A stretch of 64,000 bases of DNA from Eledone cirrhosa (GCA_964016885.1 OZ024759.1:15438001-15502000); one strand, 5' to 3'; counted from the stretch's first letter, positions 15,248 through 29,351 are shown. The notes: generated by a model from the letters alone, not told the origin. Translations and numbers: made by a program.

Positions 15248-15364
15248 ATTCATACAATCCGTACTGACATGGAAATAAGTCTATACACAATTCTCTGTGA
15301 TGAATATATATATATAACATATATATATATATATAAAGAGAGAGAGAGAGAGAAAAATAATTTT

Positions 15365-15540
15365 TCCAATTCCAACCCACCCATCCCTTCAGTCTATATT
15401 ATTCCTCATTCTTTCTTCTGATGAAGCACTAGCGTCCGAAACGCTAAGACCGTCTTCCTGTTATTTCAAGCGTTAACCTAATATATTCCTTCCATATACT
15501 GTATCGGTCGAGTTGTTATTTCTGTTTACGTTTTACATCC
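15365..15540 (+). mobile_element. PLE pLTR-like family B with minimal HHR (15414-15449)
   Basis: UCUU-CUGAUGA-A-G(C)AC-UAGC-GUCC-GAAAC-GCU-AAGA; sisters at 16270, 20440, 24970, 25262 and 39400. Confidence 0.7.
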
Positions 15541-16344
15541 TTATTTGAGTGGTTTGGGGCTGCAATTTCTAGCCGCTCATCCCACCGAAGTCACTGGTTT
15601 ACTGTCTCATGCACACATTTCCTTCTCTCTACCATGTGCTGCAAGGCAGTTATCTTACATTTACCATACGCTGAGGAACCTGGGCGTTTCATTCCATACA
15701 CTAATCTTTTGCTGAAACAAATCTCTTTGGGTTTATACGTAAGTGATATATAGTTATAAAGGTTGGTAAATTCATTCTGATTTATATTTTTAATTATTAT
15801 GCGTCTACCTTACCTCACCTTTCTAAGTTTATAGATTCCATACACTAGTGGTTTTCCCTGTACATTGATAAACACACACACTCTCTCTCTCTCTATCTCT
15901 CTCGTGTGTTATCTTTTCTACATATTATATATATATATATCCTTTCTCTTTCAATATAAAGCCTGAAACTGATAAAACATTTATTACCTCCGTATGTTGT
16001 GCATCCCCCCTCTCTCTCATATATATATATACATATATATATAAGAGAGAGAGAGAGAAAGAGAGCGGGAGAGAGAGAGAGAGAGTGTGTGAGAGCGAGA
16101 GAGTGAGAGAGAGAGAGTGAGAGAGAGAGAGTGAGAGCGAGAGAGTGAGAGCGAGAGAGTGAGAGCGAAAGAGTGAGAGAGAGAGATTGAGAGCGAGAGA
16201 GTGAGAGTGAGAGAAAGAGAAGGAAAACGATACATTGAAATGAAAATATATATTTGTCTACCGCTTGGTATAGGAAAAAAGGTACCTTAACGTTTTGGAC
16301 ACTAGTCCATCATCAGAAATAGAATGGAAAATGAAAGAATAAAT

Positions 16345-16885
16345 AGACAGACAGATAGATAGATAGATAGATAGATAAATAGATAGGTTCCTTTATTTGC
16401 CACAAGGGCGCACAAAAAAGGGGACAATACAAAGACATATGGCGGGGATTTTACAAACAGTCGTGTAAAATGAAGTATTAACATGAAAATATAACAATCG
16501 AAATCCCCAATAGGCCGTAGGCATTACAAATGGGTTGTTTTATACGCCGTAGATAGGACAAGCCTCAACTCCAGGAGATAGATAGTTAGATATGTTTCTT
16601 TATTAGCCACAGGGGCACAAAAGAAGGGGACGAATACATAGATAGATAGATATGTTTCTTTTATTTGCCACCAGGGCATCAAAAGTGGGACAAGTACAAT
16701 GGGGGGGAGTTTACAAAACAAGGCGTCCTCAATAAGGAGGAGGCAATAACAATATATAAAAATAAAATAAAATATAACAAAAAATAAAATTTATAAACAT
16801 AGATAGATAGATAGATAGATATATATATATTTTTTTTTAATATTTCTTTATTAGCCACAGGGGCACAAAAGAAGGGGACACATAC

Positions 16886-16939
<54 letters not shown>

Positions 16940-17280
16940 TTCTTTATTAGCCACAAGGGCGCAACAAGAAAGGGGACAATACAAAGACATGCCGGGGATT
17001 TTACATACAGTCGTGTAAAAAATATAAAAACAAACAATTTCAACAATCGAAATCCCCAATAGGGGGGAGGCGCCACAAATGGGTTGTTTAATACCCCGTC
17101 GATAGAACAACCCTCAACTCAAGGAGCGTGTTGTGCAAGTGCTCCTTTCTTCCTTTTGCTCTCTTCCTCAACCTACAGGCATATAAACAGAGAAGGCCCA
17201 ATCACTCGGGCCATTTTCGCTTCATTCACCCACCTTTCAGTAAATTTACTGGGGTGCAAGATAGATAGATAGATACACAG
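16345..17280 (-). mobile_element. Cluster of 4-5 L1/Tx1-like LINE 3' ends separated by (GATA)n
   Basis: Repeated 3' UTR ending GTGCCCCTGTGGCTAATAAAGAAA(TATC)n; longest copy encodes LHPSKFTERWVNEAKMARV..., with the F..RW motif typical of L1/Tx1 ORF2 ends. Confidence 0.65.
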
Positions 17281-17738
17281 ATAGATAGAGTGTGAGAAGA
17301 GGAAGAAACAGAGAAAAAGTAGTGTCTTCCAAACTTGTACGTATTTTATCGATTTATATTTATGTCTAAACCGCTACGTTACGAAAAACAAACACAGATA
17401 CAGACATAATTTAGATGTAAGGTTTACTCTTCACTGGCAATTGAGTTACCATTGCAATAAGTAAACCGCAAAAAATATGTAACCAATTTAAAATGAATAT
17501 ATTGTAAGGAATAGCACGGACGTGACATATTTTGAAAACCTCTTATAAATAGAGAATTTACTTTCAGAACAGTTATACCAATTATAAACTGGTTATATTG
17601 TAAGTTCACGAAAGGTTATTAGATGTCTTATTGCTGATTGTGGTCTAGCATAATTCATATTTCATAAGTTAGATCAATAAATGACTTAGTCTACAACAGG
17701 AAATTATATAAATTATATATTGATATTTTAACACATGG

Positions 17739-17795
<57 letters not shown>

Positions 17796-17960
17796 ATGCT
17801 ATGGTGATACGAAACATAGAAAAGCAAAAGAAAATAGCACTTATGTAAAAGTTCTATTCTTGTGGCGTGTTCCTACAAAACCACACGAAAGCAAAATAGA
17901 GTAGAAAAGTAAAAGCCCTTGCTCAAGCTCCAGTATTCATATATATATATTACTACCACA

Positions 17961-18357
17961 GAGGTCCGACGCGCTTTTGATTCCAGAGTCGGGCTAGATC
18001 GATAAAGATCGAACCTTGAACATATCATTTGCGAAAAGCGCGTCTCCAACCGACAAAAGTAATGAAGGAGTAACCATTCGTTCTTGTCGGTAGAGAGTTG
18101 GACGCCATGCTTTCTAGCATAGTTACGTCCGTTTACGGTCTGTGTTCAAATCCCGTTGAGGTTAACTTTGCCTTTCATCCTTACGTGGTGGATAAAATAA
18201 AGTACCAGTAATACACTGGGATAATTGCTGGCCTTGTGCTAAAAGTAGAAACAATTATTATACTACACTGTCTAGATCTACACATCGATACTGACGCGAA
18301 CTTAAACAACGAGTGCTCACCCTGATGAATCTACAGTAACTCCGCGTTACACTCCCC
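17961..18357 (+). mobile_element. PLE pLTR-like family C (long-stem-II HHR) interrupted by a SINE
   Basis: Colinear with the reverse complement of 40436-40676 once 18087-18260 is removed. Confidence 0.7.
18087..18260 (+). mobile_element. SINE-A nested in family C element
   Basis: SINE-A consensus match. Confidence 0.9.
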
Positions 18358-18378
18358 TATATATGTGTGTGTGTGTGT

Positions 18379-18412
<34 letters not shown>

Positions 18413-18436
18413 CTGTGTGTGTGTGTGTGTGTCTGT

Positions 18437-18531
<95 letters not shown>

Positions 18532-18813
18532 AAATGACCGTTCAGTTGTTTTTTTTAAACCTGATACAATGTGGTAAAAACTACGAAGGGCAAATAATGG
18601 TAAATGAAATAAAACAAAACAAAGTAACGCAACGTTTTACGTAGTATATTATGGCATGATATTTCGGGGGTAAAACCCACTTTTCAGATACGGTGCTGAA
18701 ACATTCCAAGATAAAACAAACAATTGATTTGATCTTTCTTCTGCCACTCTTATCATCCATTTACTACACATCTCACAATTCTTCATATTAACTACACTAG
18801 TCCCCCCCCCCTT

Positions 18814-18844
<31 letters not shown>

Positions 18845-18878
18845 CTATCTATCTACATATTATATATATATATATATA

Positions 18879-19052
18879 TAGTGAAATTCCGTTATAACGA
18901 AATTCATGGAGTATTAAAAGAAAATGTACGTAATGAAAATTCTTTATAAGTAGATCGACCTAACACATCGAGCGTGTAGATGGGGATTAAAAAAAATTCT
19001 TTATACTGAAAATTTCGTTATAATGGTATTTGTTATAACGGAATTTTACCAG
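18879..19052. mobile_element. Tigger-like MITE in (TA)n
   Basis: GTGAAATTCCGTTATAAC/GTTATAACGGAATTTTAC TIRs. Confidence 0.8.
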
Positions 19053-19084
<32 letters not shown>

Positions 19085-19130
19085 CGGTGTCTGTGTCTGT
19101 GTGTGTATAATAAAAAGGACGATGTATTGA

Positions 19131-19375
19131 GAAGTCCGACAAGCTTTTGATTTGAGAGTCGGGACAGATCGATACGGATCGAACCTTGAACTGATCAATC
19201 GCGAAACGCGCGTCACACCTCAATAAATGTAATGAAAAGTATAACTCTTCGTCCTTGGTATTATTAGTATTATTAGTATTACCCTCTGCTTAGTACAACA
19301 ACAATACACCCAATGGAAACTATGCATCGAATGGTCATTAAGGTGAACCTACATTAACTGGACCTTACAATCCCT
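19131..19375 (+). mobile_element. Family C element
   Basis: GU-CCGACAA-GC...GC-GAAAC-GCGC-GUC-AC; homologous to 17961 and 40436. Confidence 0.6.
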
Positions 19376-19385
19376 AAATATATAT

Positions 19386-19414
<29 letters not shown>

Positions 19415-19421
<7 letters not shown>

Positions 19422-19988
19422 ATATGATGGCTGCCTTATGTCTCGATAGAAAATGGATTGCGCCAAGGGCGGGGCGGGGAGAGGGGCTAGTTTGATGATA
19501 AGCAGCGTCTGCTGTGATGAACAGCCCAATTCTGGAGTGGCAGTCTTTAGCACAGTTGCTGCACGTGAAGGTCGATGGGTACGCCTGGGTTGTTGCTGCA
19601 GGTGAAGGTCGATGGGGACGCCTGTGTTGTTGCTGCAGTGGTTTTCCTCTCGTCTCGCCTGTCTGACCACAGCCGCGTCCTCCTTTCCTCAGCCGTGGAA
19701 ACGCCTTTCCTCACTGTCCGACGCCAGGCAGAGCGGTCAACAGCTGTCTCGTCCCAGGTGTCCACACCGATGTCCGTAGTCCTCTGGTCGCGCTTGCACA
19801 CATCCCTGTATCGCAGGTGTGGTCGTCCTATGGATCGGGATCCTGTGGTGAGCTCACCGTACGATATGTCTTTAGGAATGCGACCGTCCTGCATGCGGCG
19901 GATGTGCCCGAGCCAGCGCAGTCGCCTCTGCGTTAGGAGGCCGTACATGCTTGGCATAAGTGTCTGGTTTAAGATGGCTCTGTTTGGT

Positions 19989-19992
<4 letters not shown>
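19415..19992 (-). mobile_element. RTE (BovB-like) LINE 3' fragment
   Basis: QRRLRWLGHIRRMQDGRIPKDISYGEL...RSIGRPHLRYRDVCKRD...DRSAWR; C-terminal FTCSNCAKDCHSRIGLF zinc-finger remnant after a small duplication; embedded in (TA)n. Confidence 0.9.
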
Positions 19993-20038
<46 letters not shown>

Positions 20039-20092
20039 GCTGCCTTGGGTATCTGCAGTATAACTACTTCGGAATACGATGCATTACACACA

Positions 20093-20171
<79 letters not shown>

Positions 20172-20176
<5 letters not shown>

Positions 20177-20420
20177 TGACACAACAGTTAGTAGTTGGCC
20201 ATACCGAAAACAATTGTTTCACCTTAAGTGACTGTTTCTGCGCATGCGCGTTTACACGGTTGTTTCTCCTTTTCTTGTTCCGCATAACCATTATCAGTCC
20301 GAGCTGAAGATCCGGATAAGGTGAAACAATTGTTCTCGGTATGGTGAACTAACTATTGTGTTAATACTTCTACCAAACTCATCCCATGGAGTGAGTGCTC
20401 TACCACTCTGGATATTACCT
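20172..20420 (+). mobile_element. PLE pLTR-like family G with inverted 5' arm
   Basis: Arms 20172-20226/20317-20368; HHR at 20300-20338; GAGTGCTC at 20393. Confidence 0.7.
20300..20338 (+). ncRNA. Minimal type I hammerhead ribozyme
   Basis: CGAG-CUGAAGA-UCC-GGAUAA-GGU-GAAAC-AAUU-GUU-CUCG: 4-bp stem I, intact core, palindromic stem III. Confidence 0.75.
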
Positions 20421-20439
20421 TCCAGTGTTCTACCTTTAT

Positions 20440-20610
20440 TCCAATTCCATCCCGCCCGTCCCCTTAATCTATTTTATTTCTCATTCTTTCTCCTGATGAA
20501 GGACTAGTGTCCGAAACGTTAAGACCCTCTTCCTGCTATATCAAGCATCAACCTGATATATACCTTCCATATGTACCGATTGTGTTGTTATTTCTTTTTA
20601 CATTTTACAT
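20440..20610 (+). mobile_element. Family B element (HHR 20489-20524)
   Basis: CUGAUGA-A-GGAC-UAGU-GUCC-GAAAC-GUU-AAGA. Confidence 0.7.
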
Positions 20611-20635
20611 ACACACATATAGATATAGATATTTG

Positions 20636-20827
20636 GGAAATTGTATGACCCCGACGGCAGAGCTCAAGCCGTTTCGGCTATTTCTGAGTCCAGAAATAGC
20701 CGTCGAAATGGCTTGAGCTCCGCCGTCGGGGTCATACATTTTCCTATTACCCACTCTACTACCCTAATTATTGAGTACTCTGGTGCATTATGGTCCATCT
20801 GGTTCCTTACCACAACTCCTTCGTTAT
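20636..20827 (+). mobile_element. Family A fold-back element
   Basis: Palindrome 20636-20745 plus full tail to (TA)n; opposite orientation to 5419. Confidence 0.75.
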
Positions 20828-20832
20828 TTATT

Positions 20833-20880
<48 letters not shown>

Positions 20881-22229
20881 CGTTAGAGTATACACTTTTG
20901 TCGTCAATAATTTCATTTCCTTTCCCAACAGAAGAAAGAATTCCAACACAATATTTTGGTTTTCTGTTATATTTTTTTGTGACAGCATTTTAATTTTCGT
21001 TGTAATCTCATTACACTTTAGGTATAATGATAATTCCATTTCAAAACCCATACATGTGTCAACAGCTCATTTTATCTTTATAATCTGTATTGCGCCTACG
21101 TATATAACGAAAAAAATTGACACTAACCCATTTTTTTCATTTACTTATGCAAACTTTAAATATAACACTTACGTAATAGTGATCCATGCATATATATATA
21201 TATATACAATATATATATATATATATGTATATATAAAATCACATTATCTAATATGTTTTAGATACATTTTTTTAAGAGATACAGACTAACTTGAATTCCT
21301 TTGCAAATGTTGATTTACTGAAATATTCTCTGGAAATGTGAAGGATAAGGGATCCTTCGGGAAATGGGATGTAGGCAGAACAATTGTTGGGTAGAATAGT
21401 CGAGCGTAAAATAGGAGCGCCAGTGACCTTCCTTGTAGGTCTAACAAAAGAATAAGATTAAACCACTGATTGGTTTCGTCGGAGCCCAGTCTTGTTTAGA
21501 ATCCTTGCATCAGCACGGACTCTTCGAACAGAACCCAACGTCTAACTGGCCCATGTTAAAACACCAACAACCACACCAACAACATCAAACGGCACAACTT
21601 TTCTTTATGTGGCATATGTAATACGAACAGTTGTGAAGAAAACTCCTTCGTGTAGAGTAAGTATGTAGTTACTTCTATGAAGATAGTATATGCGAAAGAA
21701 AAACTCATTTATATACATGGTTGGAGGAAAGAAACGCCCTATTGAAAATTACTGATGGGTTAAAATTAATGATCTCATATTCAAGCAAGATAGGGCCTGT
21801 CCTCATGTGGCACGCACTGCCCGTCAATGGCTTGGTATCCAATTTCCAGGTCGTTGGCTGGCTTCTCCGGGTCGACACTAAACACCAGCAAGGGACCCTT
21901 ATTTATCGCCTGCGATTTTTTCCAGTGTGGTGGGTGAAGGAAAACGTTTATAATTCAAAACCCAAAACTCTGATTTAATTGGAACAACGCATTCGGCATG
22001 TACTGTCAAATATACCGCCCGAGATCCTGGTGAAATCAGTCGAGGATAAACCCAGATGATTATAAATATAGGTGGATAGCGTATGTGAAATTTTAACACT
22101 GTACTGTACGTTTACCATTATACTGTTCAAAATAAAATATATTTTACGAAAATCGACCAATAATTAATAAAGTTGTTAACAATTTTAAATGGGGACTTTC
22201 CTTCCACCAACCCATTAGAACAATTATTT

Positions 22230-22830
22230 TCTCCTGGAGTTAGCATTTGAGAAATACAAGCTAATTTATGTAGAGTAAGTACTTGCTTCTATGAAGACGG
22301 TATTTGAGAAAAGAACCTCATTTATATAGGATGTTTATTTGATACTATGGAGTTAGTATTTGCGAAATACAAACCACCATATTTCCCGGCGTCAAAGACA
22401 CTACTCTTTTCCTAAAATAAGTTTCAAAAATCTGCCAAGCGTCCTGGAGGCCGAAGATTATTTAGTATGTTTTTTTTCAAATTTTTGGTTGACAAATTAG
22501 GGTGCGTGCTCGAGGACGGCGCGTCATCGCCACCGGGAAATTCGGTAATTTATATAAAGTATGTACTTGCTTTTATGAAGTCAGTATTTGGGAAGAGAAT
22601 GTCATTTATATACAATTATTTGCTTCTCTGGAATTAGTATTTGCGAAATGCAAGCTAATTTATGTAGAGTAAGTATTTCCTTCTAGAAGTTACTATTTGG
22701 AAAAAAAGAAGCTCAGTTATATAGAATAATTATTTCCCTCTCCAGAATTAGTATTGGGGAAGAAAAGAAGAAAAGCTCAAATATGTAGAGTGCTTGCTTT
22801 CATGGAATTTGCATTTGTGAAAACCCCATG
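22230..22830. repeat. Degenerate ~110-bp tandem repeat carrying a MITE; duplicated at 37988-38405
   Basis: Recurrent TTAGTATTTGCGAAATACAAGCTAATTTATGTAGAGTAAGTACTTGC. Confidence 0.7.
22377..22545. mobile_element. Tc1/mariner-pogo MITE (CCGTATTT TIR)
   Basis: CCATATTTCCCGGCG...CCGGGAAATTCGG; sisters at 37920, 38116 and 57265. Confidence 0.7.
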
Positions 22831-23211
22831 TAGGTCTTCAGATGCATGTGTTTTCAATATTCTCAGTAGAAACGAAACCATGATTTATCTATGTGACCAG
22901 ATAGGTTTCAAAAGCTTTCATCAGTACTCAAAGAATTCCTTAGTGAATAATATATGTATGTTCTCACAGAAAATTTAGCAACGTTAACACCTCGAAATAT
23001 TATGCATGCTCTATATCGTTTACTCTCTCACTCTCTTGTTATGTCGACATCTTCCTTTCTCTATACATTCTATGTGTATTATGTATACACTTCGAATATT
23101 TCTTTTTGTCTCTCTCTTTCTCGTTCAGTCGCGTTCTTTCTAACTTTGTTTACGCCATTTTTGTGTCTTCTCTCTCTCTCTCTCTCTCCATATATATATA
23201 TATATATATAC

Positions 23212-23245
<34 letters not shown>

Positions 23246-23291
23246 GTATATAAATATATATATATATAAATATATATATATATGTATATAA

Positions 23292-23323
<32 letters not shown>

Positions 23324-23351
23324 ATATATATAGATATATATACACACACAC

Positions 23352-23410
<59 letters not shown>

Positions 23411-24856
23411 AACATATATATATACATCTCAAATTCTCTGATATTTTTCGTATCTCTTTCTCCCTATTTTCATTTATTTGCTCCTTGTCTTTTTATTTGC
23501 CCCTTTCTATCTCTGTCCTTTTCTCCCTTGTTCCCTTATTTTCCCATAATTCACCTTCACCTGTCCCTATATTTGCCCTCTTCATCATTTCCTTTCCATT
23601 TGCCATTTCCCTCTATCTATCACCATTTTTATTCTTATATCCTTCACTCTTTCTTTCCTACTCTCTCTCTCTCTCAGATTCCTACACTTTCTACCTCTCT
23701 TGATTTCTGTCGTTGCGGCATATTTTCTATTCTTCTCTCTCTCACACACACACACACTCTGTCTCTCTCTCTCTCAGACACACAGATTCACTCACTCTCT
23801 CTCGCTCTCTCTCACACATACACACACTCATTCTCTCACTCACACACTCTCACACATACACATTCTTTCGCATTCTCTCACTCACACACACTCTTTTTCT
23901 CTCCCTCACAGACACACACTCTTTCTCTCACTCTCCGCCATACACACAATCTCTCTTTTTTCTTTCCTTTCTCTCCCTCTCTCTCACTCACACACTCACC
24001 CACACACACACACTCACTCTCTCTCCCTCTCTCGTTTTAATCTTCCAATCTCTCCCTCATTCTTTCCATTTACCTCTCTGTTGTTCACAATCTATATCTA
24101 GCCATATCAGCCTCCCTCTCCAATCTATCCCACTATCTTATCACTTCCACCCTCTCATTACCCCTATCCATCTTTATTCTATCTATCACTAAGACACGTC
24201 TTGACACGTCTTTATTTACGGCAGTAGTTTTACAATGTTACCAGAAAGACTGATGAAACTTTTAAATTTCTTCCAGCAGAGATAACATGCTGCAATCCCT
24301 GGTCTCTTAAATAATTTATCACCCAACACTCTTACTAATCATACAATATAGTAAATAGAGAAAGTGAGAAAGAACGAGGGCGACAGACAGAGAGAGAAAA
24401 GAGGTTGGAAGTGAAAAGTAGAGAAAAAGCTAGTATGGGAGAATGAGGATGTTAATGCGACTAAAGGTAATAAACAAAATTCTGAGGTATATAGAAGTTT
24501 GTCAAAGCTGGACTTCTACAGATGTGAGACCCCACTCTATCGCATGTCAATTTAGAATTCAGGATATTCTCCCGCGGTGTTTTCAGACATATTGTTAAGA
24601 CAAATATAGTATACACAACAGTTCCTCTCTCAAACTCCCCATATATATATATATATATATATACATTGCCAATACGGGAATTGAATAATCAAGACCGTAG
24701 CGGTATGTCATATATCAAATCATATATTTTGTCTGTTGAGAACGTACTGAAAAAAAACAGCACAGTACCTTTGAAATACATATAATAAAGTATATGTTTT
24801 CTTTATGCGAATATTTTTCAATTGTTAACATTTTGAATAATATTATATATATATAT

Positions 24857-24933
24857 AACACAGGATGTGTGGTAAGGAACCAGATGGACCATAACGCAGC
24901 AGAGTACTCCATACTTAGGGTAGTAGAGTGGGT
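24857..24933 (-). mobile_element. Family A 3' tail only
   Basis: Matches 5421-5494. Confidence 0.7.
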
Positions 24934-25042
24934 ATATATAAATATATATATGTGTGTGTGTGTGTGTGTAAAAGGTAAACAGAATCGGTACAGTATATGG
25001 AAGGAATATATTAGGTTAGCGCCTGGAATAGCAGGAAAAGGG

Positions 25043-25078
25043 TCTTAACGTTTCGGACGCTAATCCTTCATCAGAAGA
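25043..25078 (-). ncRNA. Minimal type I hammerhead (family B, best-preserved copy)
   Basis: UCUU-CUGAUGA-A-GGAU-UAGC-GUCC-GAAAC-GUU-AAGA; stem III is the loopless palindrome AACGUU. Confidence 0.7.
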
Positions 25079-26152
25079 AGGAATGAGAAATAAGAAGGAA
25101 TGAAGGGACGAAAGGAGTGGAATTGAAGGGTTAGATAATTTTAACTATGTTTCCATTCAGACTTTCTGGCTATCAGTGACAAATAAGCTTCTGCATATGT
25201 AAATGGCAAAGCAAAGGACACAGTACAATGAAGAAATATATTTTAGTTTTACACTTGATATAGTAGGAAAGGTGTCTTAATGTTTCGGACGCTAATCGTT
25301 CATCGAAAAATAGTATGAGAAAGTTAAGACGAAATAAAAAGATTGAGACGGGGTGTGGCGGAGACCAAAAAATATTTGGGAGATAAATAACAGGTCAATT
25401 CATAGAGATGGCTCTATGAAAATACACATCAGGTGTCTCATACACGCAGCTCATAAACTATTTATCCCACGATCGATCAATTTTCGTGAGTAGTATTTCC
25501 TAAAATTGATAATTTGTCCGTGTTTTGATAATATTTCTATTACAATTTACTGCAATTATTTCTATTAAAATTTAATACAATAAAATGGGAAAAATAAATT
25601 AAATTTATCAAATGTTAAAAAGGAAAAAGGAAAAAGGTAAAAGGAAATTTAGTAAAAGTAAAAACGGAATTTGTCCACAATATTTTATATCCCACTTACC
25701 CACTTACTAACATATGTGTATTTATATATATATATGTGTGTGTGTGTGTGTGAGTGAGTGTGTGCGTGTGCGTGTATGTGCGTGTGCGTGTGTGCCTATA
25801 TAAGGCTACAGGTATACATACATACATACACATATATATACATACACACACAATGTATATACACCCACACACACATATATACACACACACAACACACACA
25901 CATATATATATATATATATAGTTATTCATATTCAATTTCTTTTGTGTGAATGAAAATTGTTCCGTTCAAAATTTAAGTGAGGTAATTTAGTGAAATAAGT
26001 GTGGCTAATACAAGACAAATCCTCCAGCAGAAATAAATAAAGGGCTGGAAGACAAATAGTCTTCAGAGTATCCACAAACGTGTGATACTCATGCACACAT
26101 GTACGGTAGACACTAATATACTTATCTCTCTCTGTGTCTCTGTGTATATAGT

Positions 26153-26189
<37 letters not shown>

Positions 26190-26437
26190 ATGGGTGTGTG
26201 TATAAATGTATATATATATATTTATATATATATATATGTGTTTGTGTGTGTGGGTAGATACTATATATATATATATTTATATATATTTATATATATATAT
26301 ATGTGTGTTTGTGTGTGTGTAGATAGTATATATATATATATATGTATGTATATCTGTACATGTATATATATATATATGTGTGGGTGTGTGTCAGTGTGTG
26401 TGTGTGTGTTTGTGTGTCTCTGTGTGTGTACAGATAC

Positions 26438-26469
<32 letters not shown>

Positions 26470-26522
26470 CATATAGATATATATACACACATATATATAC
26501 ATATATATATGTATATACATAC

Positions 26523-26575
<53 letters not shown>

Positions 26576-27068
26576 TAGATATATATACACACATATATAT
26601 ATGTATATACATACATATACATACATATATATATATATATGTATGTATATATATACATACATATATGTATATATATATATACATACATATAGATATATAG
26701 ATATATATTGGTGAATATGGCTGTCGATTCTTGCATAAACGGGTAACTATAAAAGTATAAATGTGTTTGTTATCAAGTTGTTACCAAGATATATATATTT
26801 CACGCCTGGCTTTCCTTTCAAATCTACATTACTGGCTTCAGTTAACAAAGTACTTAAGTGGCTTAAAAAACAAACAGTTAATATTGTAGATATTAAACGT
26901 ATTAAGTATATATTTTATGAAAATTTGATTAGCAAAATGATTAAATGTGTTGCCAAATTTCAATCGCTTCAGAGATTATAAATACAAAGAAACACACACA
27001 GCAATACACACACATGCACACACGATGTATGTATATATGTGTGTGTGCCTGTTTGTGTGTGTGTATGC

Positions 27069-27114
<46 letters not shown>

Positions 27115-27544
27115 TGCGTGCGTGTGTGTGTGTGTGTGTATATCTGTGTGTATATGAGTGTGTATATATATATGGGTGTGTGTGTGTGTGGCCTTTAGAA
27201 TTTTTTATCTAAATACATCAAAGTAGGTATAATCGGTTTATATAGTTATATATATATATATATATATACATATATACAAATATATATATAGATACATATA
27301 TACATATATACAAATATATATATAGATACATATATACATATATACAAATATATATATATATATATATACACGTATATACAAATATATATATACATATATG
27401 TATACGTATATATAAATATAGATATATATATATAATTATGTATATATAAATATAGTTATATACAAATATATATACACATATATATACATTTAGATATATA
27501 CAAATATATATACACATATATATATATGCATATATATATATATA

Positions 27545-27604
<60 letters not shown>

Positions 27605-27747
27605 CATATGTATGCGCGTGTGTTGTATTTGAATCGGATCAACATGAAAGAACATCTTATTTTGTCTAAATGAAGTGGCTTTTGCTCAAAGTGTACTACA
27701 AGTAATTACTCTTTAATTATAGCTTACACTTTGTTTCGCATACACTA

Positions 27748-28476
27748 GGGCGGTGGATTGGAAGTATCGGTAGAGGGTCGGACGCCATGCTTTCCAGCAT
27801 AGTTACGTCCCTTTACGATCTGAGTTCAAATCCCGTTGTGGTTAACTTTGCCTTTCATCCTTACGGGGTCGATAAAATAAAGTACCAGTAATGCACTGGG
27901 TAATTGCTGGCCTTGTGCCAAATATAGAAACAATTATATCTCTCATACACACTAGGGCGGTGGATTGGCAGTATCGGTAGAGGGTCGGACGCAATGCTTT
28001 CCAGCATAGTTATGTCGCTTTACGGTCGGAGTTCAAATCCCGTCGTGGAATCGGCATGAGCTCTAACGTCGTGTTTTGACCATTTTCCTATATGTATTCG
28101 TTAGCCTCATATCAAGATGGTAATAAGTTACCGGCGGCATATTTGTATACTTGCTTAAAAAGACCGTACTTTTGCATGGAGATCTGATGATGTTACTTGG
28201 AGACTTTAAGGATATAACCATTACATAACTCTGCCATCGAAATATATATAATGCAATAAAACAATTATGTATAAGTAATCCAGTCTTAAGAACATTTGGC
28301 AGAATCTGTAGAGGGTCGGACGCCATGCTTTGAAGCATAGGGTTACGGCTCTTTACGATCTGAATTAAAATCCCGTTGTGGTTAACTTTGCCTTTCATCC
28401 TTACGGGGTCGATAAAATAAAGTACCAGTAATGCACTGTGTAATTGCTGGCCTTGTGCCAAATATAGAAACAATTA
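27748..28476 (+). mobile_element. Three SINE-A copies (27748-27936, 27955-28050, 28297-28476)
   Basis: SINE-A consensus; two copies share the 3' flank TATATCTCT(C/A)ATACACACT. Confidence 0.85.
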
Positions 28477-28934
28477 TATCTCTAATACACACTGTCTATC
28501 TATCTGTGTATGTATGTCTGTAGAAAATAACCTTTCTTTAATACAACGTAGGAAACCAATGTATTAGTTTGTTTAATGTAATTTATGTACTTAAAGAATT
28601 TAAGAATTTCCACATTTCGCTATTTATTTTGTTTATGCTGTGGCATTTCTTTCTCGTGTTTAGTTTAGAATAACAACGTTCCTGTATCCGTTATCTTATA
28701 TATATTATATAGGAAATGCTTGGTCTCATCTTCCGAATACAGTGAAAGTAGCGGTGGTGTATTTTACACTTGATTTGTTTCTGTAAACATGAATTTTTTG
28801 TTTAAATATTTTGCCTATTAATTCAAAGTTCCGTCAAAGTTCGTGTCAAGGTCACTTTTCAAAGTACCCTTGAGACACAGAGCACAATACTCTCGACGTC
28901 TGAACACAGCCGAGATTTTTTTTATAAAGAAACA

Positions 28935-29062
28935 ATCGACCCTAGTATTGGACTGGTACTTTTTTAATTGACCTCAAAATGATGAAAGGCAAGGTTGACC
29001 ACGGCGGGATTTGAACTCAGAGCGTGCAATGAGGTGAGACGAATACCGTAAAGCATTCTATC
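28935..29062 (-). mobile_element. Diverged SINE of related family
   Basis: GATGAAAGGCAAGGTTGACCACGGCGGGATTTGAACTCAG. Confidence 0.75.
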
Positions 29063-29351
29063 CTATGTTTATATATATCTACATTTATGACCTGCAATCA
29101 GAAATTTTAAACTGTGTACATATATAAATATAGGCATTTTAAATATGTGTACATGCAAAGGTGCCAGAAAATAAGAATTTCACTGTAAATTCAAAAAGCT
29201 ATAAACATATTTAATTGATTTTCAGACCCTAGATTGATCCTTGAGTGTGGGCGAATATATCATAGTACAACCATAATGAAACACGTGCATAATTGGCGTA
29301 TATACTCATTCACTCTTATATATATATATATATATAATGATAATAATAATA

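Noticed and set aside
18322-18350. CTGATGA in family C tail
   Set aside because: Not conserved in the 40436 copy (CGGGTGA); no GAAA
21465-21520. CUGAUGC...GAAAC on the minus strand
   Set aside because: Core mismatch, and stems I and III do not pair
27748-27840. tRNA gene
   Set aside because: A/B-box-like head belongs to a multi-copy SINE; no cloverleaf
28183-28220. CTGATGA motif
   Set aside because: No downstream GAAA or stems
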